This document shows positions 9,846 to 20,208 of a DNA stretch of 64,000 nucleotides, in pieces; position 1 is the stretch's first letter; each line of letters begins with the position of its first letter. The DNA comes from Candidatus Methanomethylicia archaeon (GTDB taxonomy: Archaea > Thermoproteota > Methanomethylicia > Culexarchaeales > Culexarchaeaceae). The position numbers and the translations under genes were made by a program. Below the pieces are notes generated by a model. That model ran no database searches, was not told where the DNA came from, and saw only the letters and a list, made by a program, of their open reading frames with translations. The stretch spans positions 320,001 through 384,000 of the forward strand of contig JAVYVS010000001.1 in assembly GCA_038727515.1 (NCBI GenBank), in the 5' to 3' direction.

Positions 9846-10385
9846 TCAACTCCTCCTATACATTAAAATAAGCCAATAAAATACTCCAAACATGAACAAT
9901 ATAGAACAAAAAATGTAGATACTGTATGTTAGCTCTGGATGATATAGTGGATTATATGTTAATGGATAGAATGGTTGTATATCATCATATAATGGAGAAT
10001 CAAATAAAACATGCAGCAAAGTTCCGAGAATTCCAGAGTAGAGGAAACAGTTTAACGAACACTCCACATCAAACTCCAACCTAAAAGTTTTGTATAAATC
10101 ATGAAAGCTATTTTCAAGGAAATACATGAAAAACCCTAAAAACAAACCAATAATGAATGCCAATATGAATGTATGCATAATTCCATGAAATGAATACCTT
10201 GAAAAAAGTAAAAAGGAGAAAATATGTTCTAAATCTAAAACAATATTCCCAAGAATGAATGTGGGTATATGTAGACGTTTTTTAAACATTAAACCAAGGA
10301 ATATTCCTGGACCAAGATGAAATGGAGTGAATGGCGTAAAAATCACCATATATATGTCTGGAATAAATAAATTTCTTAAGCTCAA
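9846..10385 (-). CDS. Membrane metal-dependent hydrolase-like protein (DUF4184/YdjM-like)
   Basis: PFTPFHLGP, DLEH, HGIMHTF, HVLFDS motifs and hydrophobic helices. Confidence 0.7.
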   Translation of the reverse strand: MSLRNLFIPDIYMVIFTPFTPFHLGPGIFLGLMFKKRLHIPTFILGNIVLDLEHIFSFLLFSRYSFHGIMHTFILAFIIGLFLGFFMYFLENSFHDLYKTFRLEFDVECSLNCFLYSGILGTLLHVLFDSPLYDDIQPFYPLTYNPLYHPELTYSIYIFCSILFMFGVFYWLILMYRRS

Positions 10386-10443
10386 AAATAGATAAAAGTT
10401 AAGTATATTTGCCAGATTTCAAGTAAAATGATGAGTTTGATAG

Positions 10444-10780
10444 TGGAAAATAGAGGGGAGAATGCTAAACTTTAGACATAGCAGCAACAATTATTATCAT
10501 TAACAAGCAATAATAAATGTTGGGGAAACACATCAAAATATCCCACAATTGATCGGAAGAAAAGCTATATGGATTCACACTAAAACAGGACAAAAGTTTA
10601 TTGGGAAAATAGAGGTTACAATGTATGTTACTTTACAGAATATAAGATGATAGAAGAACTAAGGAAACATACGGACATAAGTGAAAAAGATTTAAGCAAC
10701 ACACTATTTTCAGTTGGATTCATATAAATAAATAATGTTAAAAACTCTTAAGAATAAAGGATAAAATGGTATGGGAATAA
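10444..10780 (+). pseudogene. Chimeric relic: degenerate 5' half of L35Ae gene fused to degenerate 3' end of DUF885 gene
   Basis: 10450-10610 aligns to about 10880-11046 (IEGRMLNFRHSSNNYYH*QAIINVGE...QLIGRKAIWIHTKTGQKFIGK); 10601-10780 aligns to 9661-9840; internal stops and indels. Confidence 0.85.
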
Positions 10781-10869
10781 ACCTTTAACATCATCACATA
10801 GCATCTTTAAAGCGTAAAATTAAAACAAAAATTTAATACTGTAAATCTTATGAATCAATAAGTAGTGTA

Positions 10870-11139
10870 ATGGTGATGACAATGGAGGGTATAGTACTCT
10901 CCATTAAACGTGGAAATAACAAGTATAATCCTAGACAAGTGATATTGAAGGTTGGTGAAGATGCTTCAAAAATATTCCATCAATTAATTGGAAGAAAAGT
11001 TGTTTGGACGCATCCAAAGACAGGTAAAAAATTTATTGGTAAAATAATTAGATTGCATGGTAAAGGAAAATATGTAATAGCATACTTTAGAAAGCAACCT
11101 CCATTTCAATTTATTGGAGAAAGAGTTCAAATAATATAA
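10870..11139 (+). CDS. rpl35ae: 50S ribosomal protein L35Ae (eL33)
   Basis: LIGRKVVW...GKIIRLHGKGKYVIAYFRKQPP..FIG. Confidence 0.85.
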   Translation: MVMTMEGIVLSIKRGNNKYNPRQVILKVGEDASKIFHQLIGRKVVWTHPKTGKKFIGKIIRLHGKGKYVIAYFRKQPPFQFIGERVQII

Positions 11140-11148
11140 GGGCGTAAA

Positions 11149-11322
11149 TTAATGAAAACTTAAAGTAAAAGTCCTATTTTTAACATTCATAAATTCTCTA
11201 CTTAAAAATTCATTTAAAGCTTTAATTATAATTTCACTTCTAGAAGAATATCTCCCTATTCTAACTAGTAAATCTATTTCCTGTACAACATCATTGGGGA
11301 GGGTTATACGTATAGTTTTCAT
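11149..11322 (-). CDS. Ribbon-helix-helix (CopG/Arc/MetJ) DNA-binding protein
   Basis: MKTIRITLP...IDLLV..G.YSSRSEII; start moved to ATG 11322. Confidence 0.8.
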   Translation of the reverse strand: MKTIRITLPNDVVQEIDLLVRIGRYSSRSEIIIKALNEFLSREFMNVKNRTFTLSFH

Positions 11323-11584
11323 AGGATTCACCTGCAAAAAAATGGTATAAGAAACTATATAATTACCCATTTATTGCAAAAATTCAAAATAAATATTGTA
11401 TTTACAACATATAAGTCTTTTGAATTTTATACTCCCATTAAAAATTTACTTAATTGAAACAAAATACCAGTAGTAAATACATGAATATTTCGATGAATGT
11501 TAAATAGTAGTAAATCAATGAATCGATTTATCAGTTTCCAAGACTAAATAAACATATTAAACCATTTAAAAAAAGGTTAAATTA

Positions 11585-12037
11585 TTATCTCCTTAAAAGT
11601 TTCTTGAATCTTGGATGTAACTTACCTATAACCAAAAGATCTTCTAAATCTTTCACAACCTCTGGTAGAGTCCTCAATATATCAGTGAAAGTTACTATCC
11701 CAACAAGTTTACCCTTATCCATTATGGGAAGCCTCTTTATATTGTGATTAACCATGAATTTAGCTGCATAAACTAGATCCATATCAGGATCACCATATAT
11801 TAATGGTTTAGACATAACTTTAGAAACTTTAGTAGTTCTAGGATCTAAACATGGAACTATAACTCTCTTAAGAAGATCTCTTTCAGTAATAATACCAGTA
11901 GGTTTCCCATCTTTAGTTACCACTAAACATCCAATGTTATATTGAGACATTATATCAGCGGCTTTCATAACAGTTTCTTCTTCCTCTATGGTTTTTACCT
12001 CTCTTACCGCTATATCAATTATCCTAAGCATAGACAC
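11585..12037 (-). CDS. CBS-domain pair protein
   Basis: Two CBS repeats (IGCLVV...GIITERD; IKRLPI...GIVTFTD). Confidence 0.9.
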   Translation of the reverse strand: MSMLRIIDIAVREVKTIEEEETVMKAADIMSQYNIGCLVVTKDGKPTGIITERDLLKRVIVPCLDPRTTKVSKVMSKPLIYGDPDMDLVYAAKFMVNHNIKRLPIMDKGKLVGIVTFTDILRTLPEVVKDLEDLLVIGKLHPRFKKLLRR

Positions 12038-12153
12038 CTATGAAAATTATTTACATATAAGTTAATAATATTTTAGATGGAATTATGCTCAACAATTTTA
12101 CAGGATACAATTATAGCTTTAAGAAGAAGAAATTGTTAACACGTTACACTGCT

Positions 12154-12972
12154 ATGGATATATTAGAAGCAGTGAAATCAAGATATGAGAAAGTAAAGAT
12201 GAGTTTTGATCTAGGATTATCGGAGGAAGAAGTAAATGTTAAAAAGGAAGATTCCTATGTGATTGTAGATGGATGCATATTTGATTTAAAGGTTTTAGAA
12301 GAAATTTTAGAGAAAGACTATGTATACATTTTGAATGATGAAAAATCGTTGGAGAAAGTGGCATTTTATGCTGATGGAAAATACTATAAACTTAAATGTG
12401 TAGCAAGAAATTCAGCACCAACATTAGAGATAAATGGTATTAATATGCATAGAATTGTTGGAGTAACACCATGGGAAGATGCATTAATGAAGGTTAAAGC
12501 AGCAAAAGTTGGTTATGGAATGAGAGTTCTTGATATATGTACTGGACTTGGATATACTGCTATAGCATCGATAAATATGGGTGCAAGTATGGTATTAAGT
12601 ATTGAAAAAGATTTAAATGTTATTAGAATAGCTGAATTAAATCCTTGGTCTAAAGGTTTAGAAGATCATAGAATTAAGATAATTATTGAGGATGCAAGTA
12701 GGATTATACGTGAGATCGAAGAAGAATCCTTTGATAGAATCATACATGATCCACCTAGAATATCATTGGCAGGAGAACTATATAGTAGTGAATTCTATAT
12801 TGAATTGTACAGAGTTTTGAAGAAAAATGGAATTTTATATCATTATACAGGTCAACCTGGAATAAAACGTAGGAAGGATATTGTTAAGGGGGTTTCAAAG
12901 AGGATTATGGAAGCAGGATTTAAAGTAAAAGTTAGGAGAGATCTTTTAGGTATTTTAGCATTTAAAGATTAA
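12154..12972 (+). CDS. Predicted archaeal SAM-dependent methyltransferase
   Basis: PTLEINGINMH, VLDICTGLGYTA, IIHDPPR; start moved to ATG 12154. Confidence 0.8.
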   Translation: MDILEAVKSRYEKVKMSFDLGLSEEEVNVKKEDSYVIVDGCIFDLKVLEEILEKDYVYILNDEKSLEKVAFYADGKYYKLKCVARNSAPTLEINGINMHRIVGVTPWEDALMKVKAAKVGYGMRVLDICTGLGYTAIASINMGASMVLSIEKDLNVIRIAELNPWSKGLEDHRIKIIIEDASRIIREIEEESFDRIIHDPPRISLAGELYSSEFYIELYRVLKKNGILYHYTGQPGIKRRKDIVKGVSKRIMEAGFKVKVRRDLLGILAFKD

Positions 12973-14186
12973 AGCTTCTTTGAAGCTCCATCTAAAACAA
13001 GTTTTAAATATCTATTTAGCATCGGCGGCAAATCAGGTATTCCAATATCCATGAAACCTCTAATTAGTATTGATATAGCTTCATCTTCATTAAAGCCTCT
13101 AGCCATTAGATAATATATTTCATCTTCAGATAATTTGCCGATGGCTGCTTCATGAGATAAAGTTGCATCCATAATCTTAGCCTCCAATTGTGGTATAGCT
13201 CGTATAATGGATTTTGTAGATAACAATAACCCTCTACACTCTAAATGACCTCTACACTCACGTCCTTCACCAACAATTAAACCTCTAGAAATAATCTTAG
13301 ATTCATCCTTAGCAATATTTTTAGATATTATCTCAACCCTACTTCCATCACCCTTCAAATACGCAGCTCCACCAACATCAAAAATACTATTGTTGGAAGC
13401 TAAAATAACAGAAATTAAACTTGCCCTAGAATTTACACCATTTAAATAAACAATTGGCATTGTTTGAATACTCTTAGCAGGATTAACATTAACGTATACA
13501 TTTATAAATGAAGCACCATCCTCTACAACAACACCAGTTCTAGGTCTAACATCAATACCCTCACTCCAAGAATGTATCATAGTATAAGTCAATTTGCCAC
13601 CTTTCTTAACATAAAATTCAGATACACCAACATGTAAACCTTCATTAATTCTAGGTGAAGCACAACCAGTTAGAACATTTAATTCAGCATTTTCTTCAAC
13701 AATTATGATGTTATGCACATTTTGCGATAATCCACCAGTCTTAAGATAAAAGCATGCTTGAACTGGAAGTTCAACTTTAACACCACTTTTAACTCTAATA
13801 AAAACCCCACCGCCACCCTTAAGTTCAGAAAGAGCAGTAAACTTATCCATATCAACATCTAGAGCCCTCCAATAATAATCTAAAAGCCAATCATATGTTT
13901 CAAGAGCTTTAGAAATAGACATAACCTCAACACTTTGATGCAAAGATTCTTCAAAAACTATTGATGAATCTATTTGAAGATAATTCCCAGCTCTACCTTT
14001 ACCACTTACATCTACACCAATACTAGAAGCTTTCTCCTCTAAATCTCTACTAATAAATTCATGTACTTCAGAAGAAAATTTGAATCTTGAAATATCCAAA
14101 TCAAGACCTACACTGGGAGGTTTATCAATAGATTTCTTAGCCCTCTCCTTAACATCCTTTATCTTTCCATCTTCTCCTCTATACAT
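12969..14186 (-). CDS. sufB: SufB/SufD-family Fe-S scaffold (archaeal minimal SufCB/SmsB type)
   Basis: QNVHNIIIVEE, HVGVSEFYV, GHLECRGLLL, LSHEAAIGK, YLMARG. Confidence 0.9.
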   Translation of the reverse strand: MYRGEDGKIKDVKERAKKSIDKPPSVGLDLDISRFKFSSEVHEFISRDLEEKASSIGVDVSGKGRAGNYLQIDSSIVFEESLHQSVEVMSISKALETYDWLLDYYWRALDVDMDKFTALSELKGGGGVFIRVKSGVKVELPVQACFYLKTGGLSQNVHNIIIVEENAELNVLTGCASPRINEGLHVGVSEFYVKKGGKLTYTMIHSWSEGIDVRPRTGVVVEDGASFINVYVNVNPAKSIQTMPIVYLNGVNSRASLISVILASNNSIFDVGGAAYLKGDGSRVEIISKNIAKDESKIISRGLIVGEGRECRGHLECRGLLLSTKSIIRAIPQLEAKIMDATLSHEAAIGKLSEDEIYYLMARGFNEDEAISILIRGFMDIGIPDLPPMLNRYLKLVLDGASKKL

Positions 14187-14908
14187 TTAGAACACACCTC
14201 AAAACCGTGAATCCTAATATTACTTATAATTTCATCAGGTTTACCAGAGCATGCAATAACACCATCAATAATTACATGAGCACGATCAGCACGAATATAA
14301 TTTAATATATAACCTAAATGTGTGACAATCAATATAGACTTCTTCCTCAAACTAGGTTTAACATTTAAACCAAAAAATTCATTAATCACATTAGCTATTA
14401 AAACAAGATTCTCCACATCAACACCAGAATCAGGTTCATCAAATAATGCAAAATCAGGGGACTGTATTAAAATTTGCAAGATTTCACATTTCTTCATTTC
14501 ACCACCAGAAAAACCAACATTAAGTTCACGATCAAGAAGATTACTCATATTCAATTTATTAACTAATTCATCAATATTCACATTACTCTTAAATCTAAAT
14601 GAAAGTTCCTTTAAAAAATCCCTAAGTTTTATACCTTTAATCTTTGGAGGAAATTGAAAACCAACACCAATACCCATCTTAACTCTATCATGAATAGGCA
14701 TATTAGTAATATCAATACCTTTAAAACTAATAGTACCCTGAACAATCTTAAACCTAGGATCACCAATAATAGCATTTATAAGTGTAGTTTTACCAGAACC
14801 ATTAGGTCCAAGCAAAACATGAACCTCACCTGGATTAATCCTTAAATTAACTCCCTTCAAAACTCTTTTACCAGAAATTTCAACATGTAAATCCTTAACT
14901 TCCAACAT
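14159..14908 (-). CDS. sufC: SufC-type ABC ATPase
   Basis: GPNGSGKT, LNVGFSGGEMKK, DEPDSGVD; overlaps sufB. Confidence 0.9.
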   Translation of the reverse strand: MLEVKDLHVEISGKRVLKGVNLRINPGEVHVLLGPNGSGKTTLINAIIGDPRFKIVQGTISFKGIDITNMPIHDRVKMGIGVGFQFPPKIKGIKLRDFLKELSFRFKSNVNIDELVNKLNMSNLLDRELNVGFSGGEMKKCEILQILIQSPDFALFDEPDSGVDVENLVLIANVINEFFGLNVKPSLRKKSILIVTHLGYILNYIRADRAHVIIDGVIACSGKPDEIISNIRIHGFEVCSKCIEEKMER

Positions 14909-15063
14909 ACAATCACAATTAAGAGTTGCATACTAATAAATTTCTATGTCTAAACATTGATGATCAAAGTTATTCAATAATGCACAAAACATTTACACAT
15001 CACTCACTTCTCATCAACATAACTATAAACATAATTTATTTTAATATTTAAAAAATGTACAAG

Positions 15064-16977
15064 TTACTTTTTATCGAATTTTAATGGTGAAACATAATCT
15101 CCATATTTTTCTCTAACTTCCTTTAATCTCTCCTTTTCCTCTCTAAGTATTTGGAATAATAGACTTGGTGTATCAGGTACACCTTCATAGATCTTCCATA
15201 TTCTTTCTATTTTAGCTAAATGTTGTGGTATTCTAACAGTAAACTCCTTTTCATATAATTGTAATGGATACTCTTTATTTAGAACTTTACCAAATAGTTT
15301 CACTAAATCTTCATATATTGGTATTCTTCCAGTGGGAAGCTCTATAAATCCAATGTCATCGTGAACTCTTAATTCCATCCATTTCAACCAAACCTTCTTA
15401 TCTATCTTCTCTGCAAGATACTTACCATTTTCATCCCTAAGGAAATAATTAACTCCAAATACTTTAGGTTTAATCTTAAGTTTTTCTCCAAATTTAAAGT
15501 GTAGTTCAGTGAATTTACCAATGGAAATAGATATGAAATCAAGTATTGCATATGGGTTGAATTCTCTTTCACCAGCTCTGCCAAGAACTGCTGTTGTTCT
15601 TTCAGATTCTAAAGCAGCACCCTTCATAACTATACCATGCTCCCAACTAAACCCTTCCTCCACTGGGACCCATGTATCTGAATCTCTACCACCAAAAATC
15701 ATTCCACCAACAGGTACACCATCCGGGTCCTCTATCTTTGGATCTAAATTCTTGAGATATCTTATGTGAGTTGTAAATCTTGCATTAGTGTGTGATGGAG
15801 GTATAAGGCTACCGGATTCATCTTTTTTCGTTGGCCACCATACACCAGCATAATTCAATCCACCTTTTGGTTCACCAATTTTACCATTCCACCAAACTTC
15901 ACCATTACCCATGAGAAGTATATTTGAGAATATTACTTCAGTTTCAGGGGATGTTAAGATTTCATACATTTCAGGATCATCAGTTGGATTAACACCATCA
16001 ATAATGCCAAACATACCAATTTCAGGATTTATTGCCCTTGGAATACCATTAACCTCTCTTATAATTGCAAGATCATCACCAATAACAGTATCAGACATTA
16101 AAGCGGTTGAAGTTTTTCCGCATCCAGCTGGGAAAGCTCCAGTAAGATATGTTATTCTATCGCCTGGACCTTTAACACCAACAATAAACATATGTTCTGA
16201 AAGCCAACCCTCTAAGTAACCTCTGTAAACTGTTAATCTTAATGCAAGCTTCTTTAAACCCACAGTATTACCAGCATATTGGGTATTAGCACTATAGACG
16301 GTATCATCAATTAAATCAATGAATATCCTCCTCTTATCAATATTTTTACTCCAACCATACTCATTTAATTCACCAGCTGAATGTAGAAAACGCATATACT
16401 CTATTTCAGAACCCTTTTCAACAAAAATATCATAACCCAATCTATACAATATATTCTCACTATGCATAACATATGCTGAATCAGTAACTTGAACAGCATA
16501 AAGTGAAAGTGGAGATTTCTTTGGACCTAAACAATAAAATCCAATAAACATATCTTTACCTCTCATTATACCCTTCAAAATACTCTTTATTTCATTTAAA
16601 CCATCACTTCTAACCATGGTATTTAAAAGTGGAATTCCACTTGCATCTTCAATCAATATTCTCGTATTCTTTCTATCTCTAGCAAGATCCTTAATACCAT
16701 CAAAATGAACTGTATGCATAGCATATTTCGATGGAAGTTCCTCTCCACGTTCAAGAGCTATACGTCTAAAATACTCTATATCCTCGTCACTACCAGTATT
16801 CACATATACAGATGAAGGTTCACATAAAACTATTATATCTGCAATCCATCTATGAAGTTCAGAATTATTGATCTTCAAAAAATTATTTAAGTGTCTAGAA
16901 TCCATTTTAGATTTAAGAACTGAAAGAACGTCATAATCTCCTTCCACTAATCTCTCACGATACTTCATATCTGACAA
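15064..16977 (-). CDS. pckG: Phosphoenolpyruvate carboxykinase (GTP)
   Basis: TQYAGNTVGLKKLALR, WLSEHM, GAFPAGCGKTS, GDD, FGGRD motifs. Confidence 0.95.
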   Translation of the reverse strand: MSDMKYRERLVEGDYDVLSVLKSKMDSRHLNNFLKINNSELHRWIADIIVLCEPSSVYVNTGSDEDIEYFRRIALERGEELPSKYAMHTVHFDGIKDLARDRKNTRILIEDASGIPLLNTMVRSDGLNEIKSILKGIMRGKDMFIGFYCLGPKKSPLSLYAVQVTDSAYVMHSENILYRLGYDIFVEKGSEIEYMRFLHSAGELNEYGWSKNIDKRRIFIDLIDDTVYSANTQYAGNTVGLKKLALRLTVYRGYLEGWLSEHMFIVGVKGPGDRITYLTGAFPAGCGKTSTALMSDTVIGDDLAIIREVNGIPRAINPEIGMFGIIDGVNPTDDPEMYEILTSPETEVIFSNILLMGNGEVWWNGKIGEPKGGLNYAGVWWPTKKDESGSLIPPSHTNARFTTHIRYLKNLDPKIEDPDGVPVGGMIFGGRDSDTWVPVEEGFSWEHGIVMKGAALESERTTAVLGRAGEREFNPYAILDFISISIGKFTELHFKFGEKLKIKPKVFGVNYFLRDENGKYLAEKIDKKVWLKWMELRVHDDIGFIELPTGRIPIYEDLVKLFGKVLNKEYPLQLYEKEFTVRIPQHLAKIERIWKIYEGVPDTPSLLFQILREEKERLKEVREKYGDYVSPLKFDKK

Positions 16978-17020
16978 TATGTATAATACGAATAAAAGTT
17001 TAACGTGTAAATAGTAGTTA

Positions 17021-18067
17021 TTATTTTTCAGCTATGAATATCCTAGTCCTCAAATCACCATGTAAAACATATCTTTCATGTAGTATGTTAAATCCAGCTG
17101 TGAGGAGGGCTTTACGCATAACACCCTCCTTTAAAGTTATTATAACAAGTCTTCCACCATCATTCATACATTTATAAGCTTCAGATGCAAAAAGTGAGTA
17201 AAGCTTTTTAACACCAATTTTAGGATCCATCCTAATTCCATATGGAGGATTGGATACAATCCTATCAATACCACGAATAAAATCAGAAAGACGGGTGCAA
17301 TCACCTTTCATTAGAGTTATAAGATTGGATACTCCAGCAGCTTCAGCATTAGCTTTAGCGCCTTCAATAAACCTCTCATTAATATCTAAACCATAAAGCT
17401 TAAGTTTAGAACCCATATGTAGAGCAGCTTCAATCAATATAGTTCCACCACCAACCATAGGATCTACAAACACATTTCCTTCCAATGGATTTGAAAGTCT
17501 AACCATACCATAAGCAATGGTAGGTCTTAAAGCAGCTGGATGTTCAAAAACCCTATAACCACGCTTATGCAGAGATTCCCTACTTATAGAAATTTCAACA
17601 ATACATTTATCATGAACTACATCAACAATAAATTCAACATCAAAACCCTCTAAATCAACCTTATTTCCACATTTATCAACTATAGCTTGACCAGCAACCC
17701 TCTGAATATCTATAGAAGTATAATCATGCACACCAATTCTCTCACTAGTAACCCTAAAACTTGCATTGGGAGGTAGGAAATCCCTTAAATCCATAGAGTA
17801 AATAGTATTATAAATTTCATTTAAACCATCTTTAGAAGTTGAAACAGTGAAAATAGAAATATGCCTCCTAATATGATGTATAGACCTCAAACTAAAAACA
17901 TCATTAATATTTGAATCAGGGATATCAGCTAAAACTCTACCTTGAATATTTAAAGGCTTTAAAACAACATCTAAAGAACGAAATTTCTCTTTTAATTCAA
18001 GTTCCACAATATCCTCTAAACCAGGTGGACAAGTAAACATCAACTTCATAGAAACCACATAGATCAT
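17021..18067 (-). CDS. trm14: THUMP-domain tRNA guanine-N2 methyltransferase (Trm14-like)
   Basis: THUMP domain, LHKRGYR..HPAALRP, DPMVGGGTILIE, NPPYG. Confidence 0.8.
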   Translation of the reverse strand: MIYVVSMKLMFTCPPGLEDIVELELKEKFRSLDVVLKPLNIQGRVLADIPDSNINDVFSLRSIHHIRRHISIFTVSTSKDGLNEIYNTIYSMDLRDFLPPNASFRVTSERIGVHDYTSIDIQRVAGQAIVDKCGNKVDLEGFDVEFIVDVVHDKCIVEISISRESLHKRGYRVFEHPAALRPTIAYGMVRLSNPLEGNVFVDPMVGGGTILIEAALHMGSKLKLYGLDINERFIEGAKANAEAAGVSNLITLMKGDCTRLSDFIRGIDRIVSNPPYGIRMDPKIGVKKLYSLFASEAYKCMNDGGRLVIITLKEGVMRKALLTAGFNILHERYVLHGDLRTRIFIAEK

Positions 18068-18855
18068 TTACCAACGAATTTCTCAGATTCCTCTTTAACA
18101 CGTTTAATCTTCTTTGAAACATCACTTGGTAGAGCAACATCTTCAACTCTTTCACTAACCCTACCAATAATTTCAAGTCCAACATAAGGTTCAATATTAA
18201 TCTCATGCAGATGTAAAGAATGTTGAGTTTGCCTCATCTTCTCAATGATAAGATACCTCTTAAGTTGACCACCACGTATAAAACGTCTAAATCTAATAAT
18301 ACCATCAGCAACATGCTCTAAACCCCAACCAAAAGCTTCAGAAGTAGTTATAGCATACTGTGAAGTGGCAAAAATAGTGAAATCCCATTTATAGAGAACC
18401 TTCTTAACATAATATGAATATCTCCTAGCCATAGCAGGTTTATCAAGCCAAAATGCACTCATAGAATCAATTACAAGTCTAGCTCTCCCATAACCCAAAA
18501 CCCTTTTAGCCTCTAAAACTTTATTTACAAGTTCATCAATAGTAAGAACATTCAAACTCCATTGATCTTCTTTACCCATTAATGCATCAATAATTATAAG
18601 CTTACCATCATCAATATAATTAGAGAATTTAAATCCAAATTGCTCAGCTTGTCTAATAATAGACTCTCTGGATTCCTCAGTGGTAACATAAATACATTTA
18701 TCACCATCTAAAACTCCACGATTAATAAAATGTATACATAAAATAGTTTTACCAGTACCAGGCTCACCAGTTACAGCTACAAAAAACCCCCTAGGAATAC
18801 CACCTTCAAGAATTTCATCTAAACCTTTAATTCCAGTGGATAATCTTTCAATCAT
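18064..18855 (-). CDS. Archaeal single-domain KaiC-family ATPase
   Basis: STGIKGLDEIL.GG, GEPGTGKT, YVTTEE, IDSMS, EHVADGII, EKMR. Confidence 0.9.
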   Translation of the reverse strand: MIERLSTGIKGLDEILEGGIPRGFFVAVTGEPGTGKTILCIHFINRGVLDGDKCIYVTTEESRESIIRQAEQFGFKFSNYIDDGKLIIIDALMGKEDQWSLNVLTIDELVNKVLEAKRVLGYGRARLVIDSMSAFWLDKPAMARRYSYYVKKVLYKWDFTIFATSQYAITTSEAFGWGLEHVADGIIRFRRFIRGGQLKRYLIIEKMRQTQHSLHLHEINIEPYVGLEIIGRVSERVEDVALPSDVSKKIKRVKEESEKFVGK

Positions 18856-18954
18856 TAAATATACAATAATAAAATAAACACATAAAACTTCCTAGGTAAA
18901 CATCTTTTAATGAAAACAGTATTTCATGAGATTCTTTATAAATAAATTTTTCAA

Positions 18955-20208
18955 ATGAAGTTAGAAGGTGAAATAATGGAAATATGGAAAATGGCCTTTA
19001 GAAATATTAGTAGAAGAAAGTTGAGGACTACATTAACAGTTTTAGGAATAGTTGTTGGAGTAAGTTTAATGTTAGCATTATTTTCATTGGTTTCAGGAAT
19101 GGATGTAAGAGTAACACAAATGGTTAGAGCTTTAGGTGGAGCAGACATAACAATATACAATGCCACATTTCCTGGAAGAGGAGGACAACCTTTCGGTGGT
19201 TTTGGAACAATAATGCGGGGGACACTACCAATAGAATTATTACAACAAATAAATCAAATACCAGGGGTATACATTGCTTCACCACAATTATCCTTCATGG
19301 GCTATCTTGGATCATCAAGGATAACAATTTATGGGATAGATCCTTCAACATATGATGAAGTTACTGGAGGATTAAACATAATTGAGGGGAGGGGATTAAA
19401 ACAAGAAGATAAAAATAAAATAGTTCTTGGAAAAACAATAGTCGAAGCATTAAATATAACTATTGGAAGTAAAGTTAAAATTGGGATATCAGCAACAGAA
19501 CAAGAAGATTTTGAAGTTGTAGGAGTATTTGAAACTGGAGTGATGTTTCAAGAAAATGCTGGATATATAACGTTAGAAGATGCACAAAGATTAACAGGTT
19601 ATATGGGACAAATAAGTCAAATACTTGTGAAATGTGAAGACCCATATATAGTTAGTGAAGTTGCAAACACAATATCAAATCTTATACCTGGAGTCAGAAT
19701 TACAACACCTACAGCCATGATAACACAAGCCACACAACTACTGAATACATTAACCATGTTCTTTGCAACAATAGGCTTAGTAGCACTATTAGCTGGAAGC
19801 TTCGGTGTAATGAATACTATGTTTATGGCTATATCCGAAAGAACACGTGAAATTGGAATATTAAAAGCCATAGGAGCAAGAAATAGAGAAATCTTGAAGA
19901 TGTTTCTAGCAGAAGCAATAATTATAGGAGCTCTAGGTGGAGGAATAGGGATAATTATAGGTGCAATCATAACATACATATTACCAATGTTTATACCAGG
20001 ATTCATAGGGATAGCCCCATTCATTGGTGGAACTACCGCTAGAGGTATTAGACAAATTAGAACAACACAAACATTTACACCAACACTAACACCCATAAAT
20101 ATTGCATTATGTTTCTCACTTGGAGTACTTGTAGGATTATTAGCTGGATTATATCCAGCCTGGAGAGCTTCAAAAATGAAACCTGTGGAGGCATTAAGAC
20201 ATGTATAA
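18955..20208 (+). CDS. ABC transporter permease (MacB/FtsX/LolE family)
   Basis: RTTLTVLGIVVGV, ERTREIGILKAIGA, YPAWRASKMKPVEALR. Confidence 0.9.
   Translation: MKLEGEIMEIWKMAFRNISRRKLRTTLTVLGIVVGVSLMLALFSLVSGMDVRVTQMVRALGGADITIYNATFPGRGGQPFGGFGTIMRGTLPIELLQQINQIPGVYIASPQLSFMGYLGSSRITIYGIDPSTYDEVTGGLNIIEGRGLKQEDKNKIVLGKTIVEALNITIGSKVKIGISATEQEDFEVVGVFETGVMFQENAGYITLEDAQRLTGYMGQISQILVKCEDPYIVSEVANTISNLIPGVRITTPTAMITQATQLLNTLTMFFATIGLVALLAGSFGVMNTMFMAISERTREIGILKAIGARNREILKMFLAEAIIIGALGGGIGIIIGAIITYILPMFIPGFIGIAPFIGGTTARGIRQIRTTQTFTPTLTPINIALCFSLGVLVGLLAGLYPAWRASKMKPVEALRHV

Noticed and set aside
14950-15020. TGATGA boxes and 7-bp inverted repeat (ttgatga...tcatcaa) upstream of sufC as a C/D-box sRNA or operator
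   Set aside because: No correctly spaced CTGA D box, and a repeat this short is expected by chance in AT-rich DNA
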